A stretch of DNA of 63,983 nt, filler included, from Octopus bimaculoides (lineage: Eukaryota), in the NCBI RefSeq assembly GCF_001194135.2. It is 5 parts of 5 records of this genome, joined end to end, with 100 filler letters (N's around TTAATTAATTAA, not from the genome) between each part and the next. Parts side by side here need not be neighbours in the genome. Positions count along the whole stretch, not along the records: positions 62,683 to 63,983 come from NW_026418476.1; 4 more parts are not named here. The stretch is one strand, 5' to 3'. The notes beneath the pieces are model-generated. The model made no database searches. It worked only from the letters and a program-made list of their open reading frames with translations, and had not been told where the DNA came from. Of the stretch, positions 63,390-63,983 are shown piece by piece (the stretch's first letter is position 1; every line of letters starts with the position of its first letter). Both the position numbers and the translations under genes were made by a program.

Positions 63390-63934
63390 GTTATTATTTA
63401 TCTAATTGTCAGCGAACATCTTGATTTAAGCTTTTCTTTTACCAAATCTCATGATATTGCTTCGAATAAGTCTTGATTTTTTTTATGACTATACCTACTA
63501 TGATTTCAGTCAACTCCCTCAGCCCTTCCCCTTGTTCTCTCAGCCTTAGATATACAAGGATTTGATAAAACTAGTCTATAAATTAAAACTAACCGCATAA
63601 AATGGTGACAAGCAAAATCTGTAACATATCTTTCTTCCTGATACCTTAGTAACTTCAAAGCTGAAGTGAAGGCAGCATGTTTTTTGTCTATCTCTTTAAC
63701 TTCTTGGAGATTTTAAGGAAAATTATACTAATGTGTCCGTTTGTTTCAATTTAATTAAATTCTATGTCTTTGTGCAGCTGAGGAATGCTCTGCATCTAAA
63801 TTGATGTAATGGTTGCATTGTTCAATTAAATAGAGTTGCATGAAACGATTGTAATCACCTTATTTTTAAATTGTATGGATAATACTGAACTAAATTATGG
63901 TGCCTCAACTTAAGCACCATATTCATCTGAATCT

Positions 63935-63973
<39 letters not shown>

Positions 63974-63983
63974 TATATATATA

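Overview
AT-rich, microsatellite- and SINE-dense animal genomic DNA from a gappy short-read scaffold. The repeat families look like those of a coleoid cephalopod, probably Octopus; this rests on recall and was not verified. Three protein-coding elements are well supported, all on the + strand: an intronless FMRFamide-receptor-like class A GPCR (25325-26671), an intronless-CDS F-box/leucine-rich-repeat protein (52828-54807), and one internal exon of an atypical protein kinase C (62410-62574). The rest is tRNA-derived SINEs, LINE remnants (RTE, R4/Dong-like), mariner, hAT, pogo, piggyBac-like and Merlin-like MITEs, a probable solo LTR, several fold-back elements, and simple repeats. Four 100-bp gaps carry an artificial TTAATTAATTAA linker, so the order and spacing of the five segments are uncertain. 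I found no clear-cut novel system. The best leads are: (1) degenerate hammerhead-ribozyme-like motifs in Penelope-type repeats, possibly linked to a tRNA head; (2) a Kozak-context Met just before the aPKC kinase domain (PKM-like potential), with no upstream aPKC exons visible; (3) a CpG-decay mosaic that maps probable gene-body methylation and implies a hidden gene at about 31-40 kb; (4) microsatellite-targeted Dong-like LINEs in tandem and a nested TTAA/8-bp-TSD MITE stack. Repeat boundaries are approximate (about +/-10 bp) unless stated.
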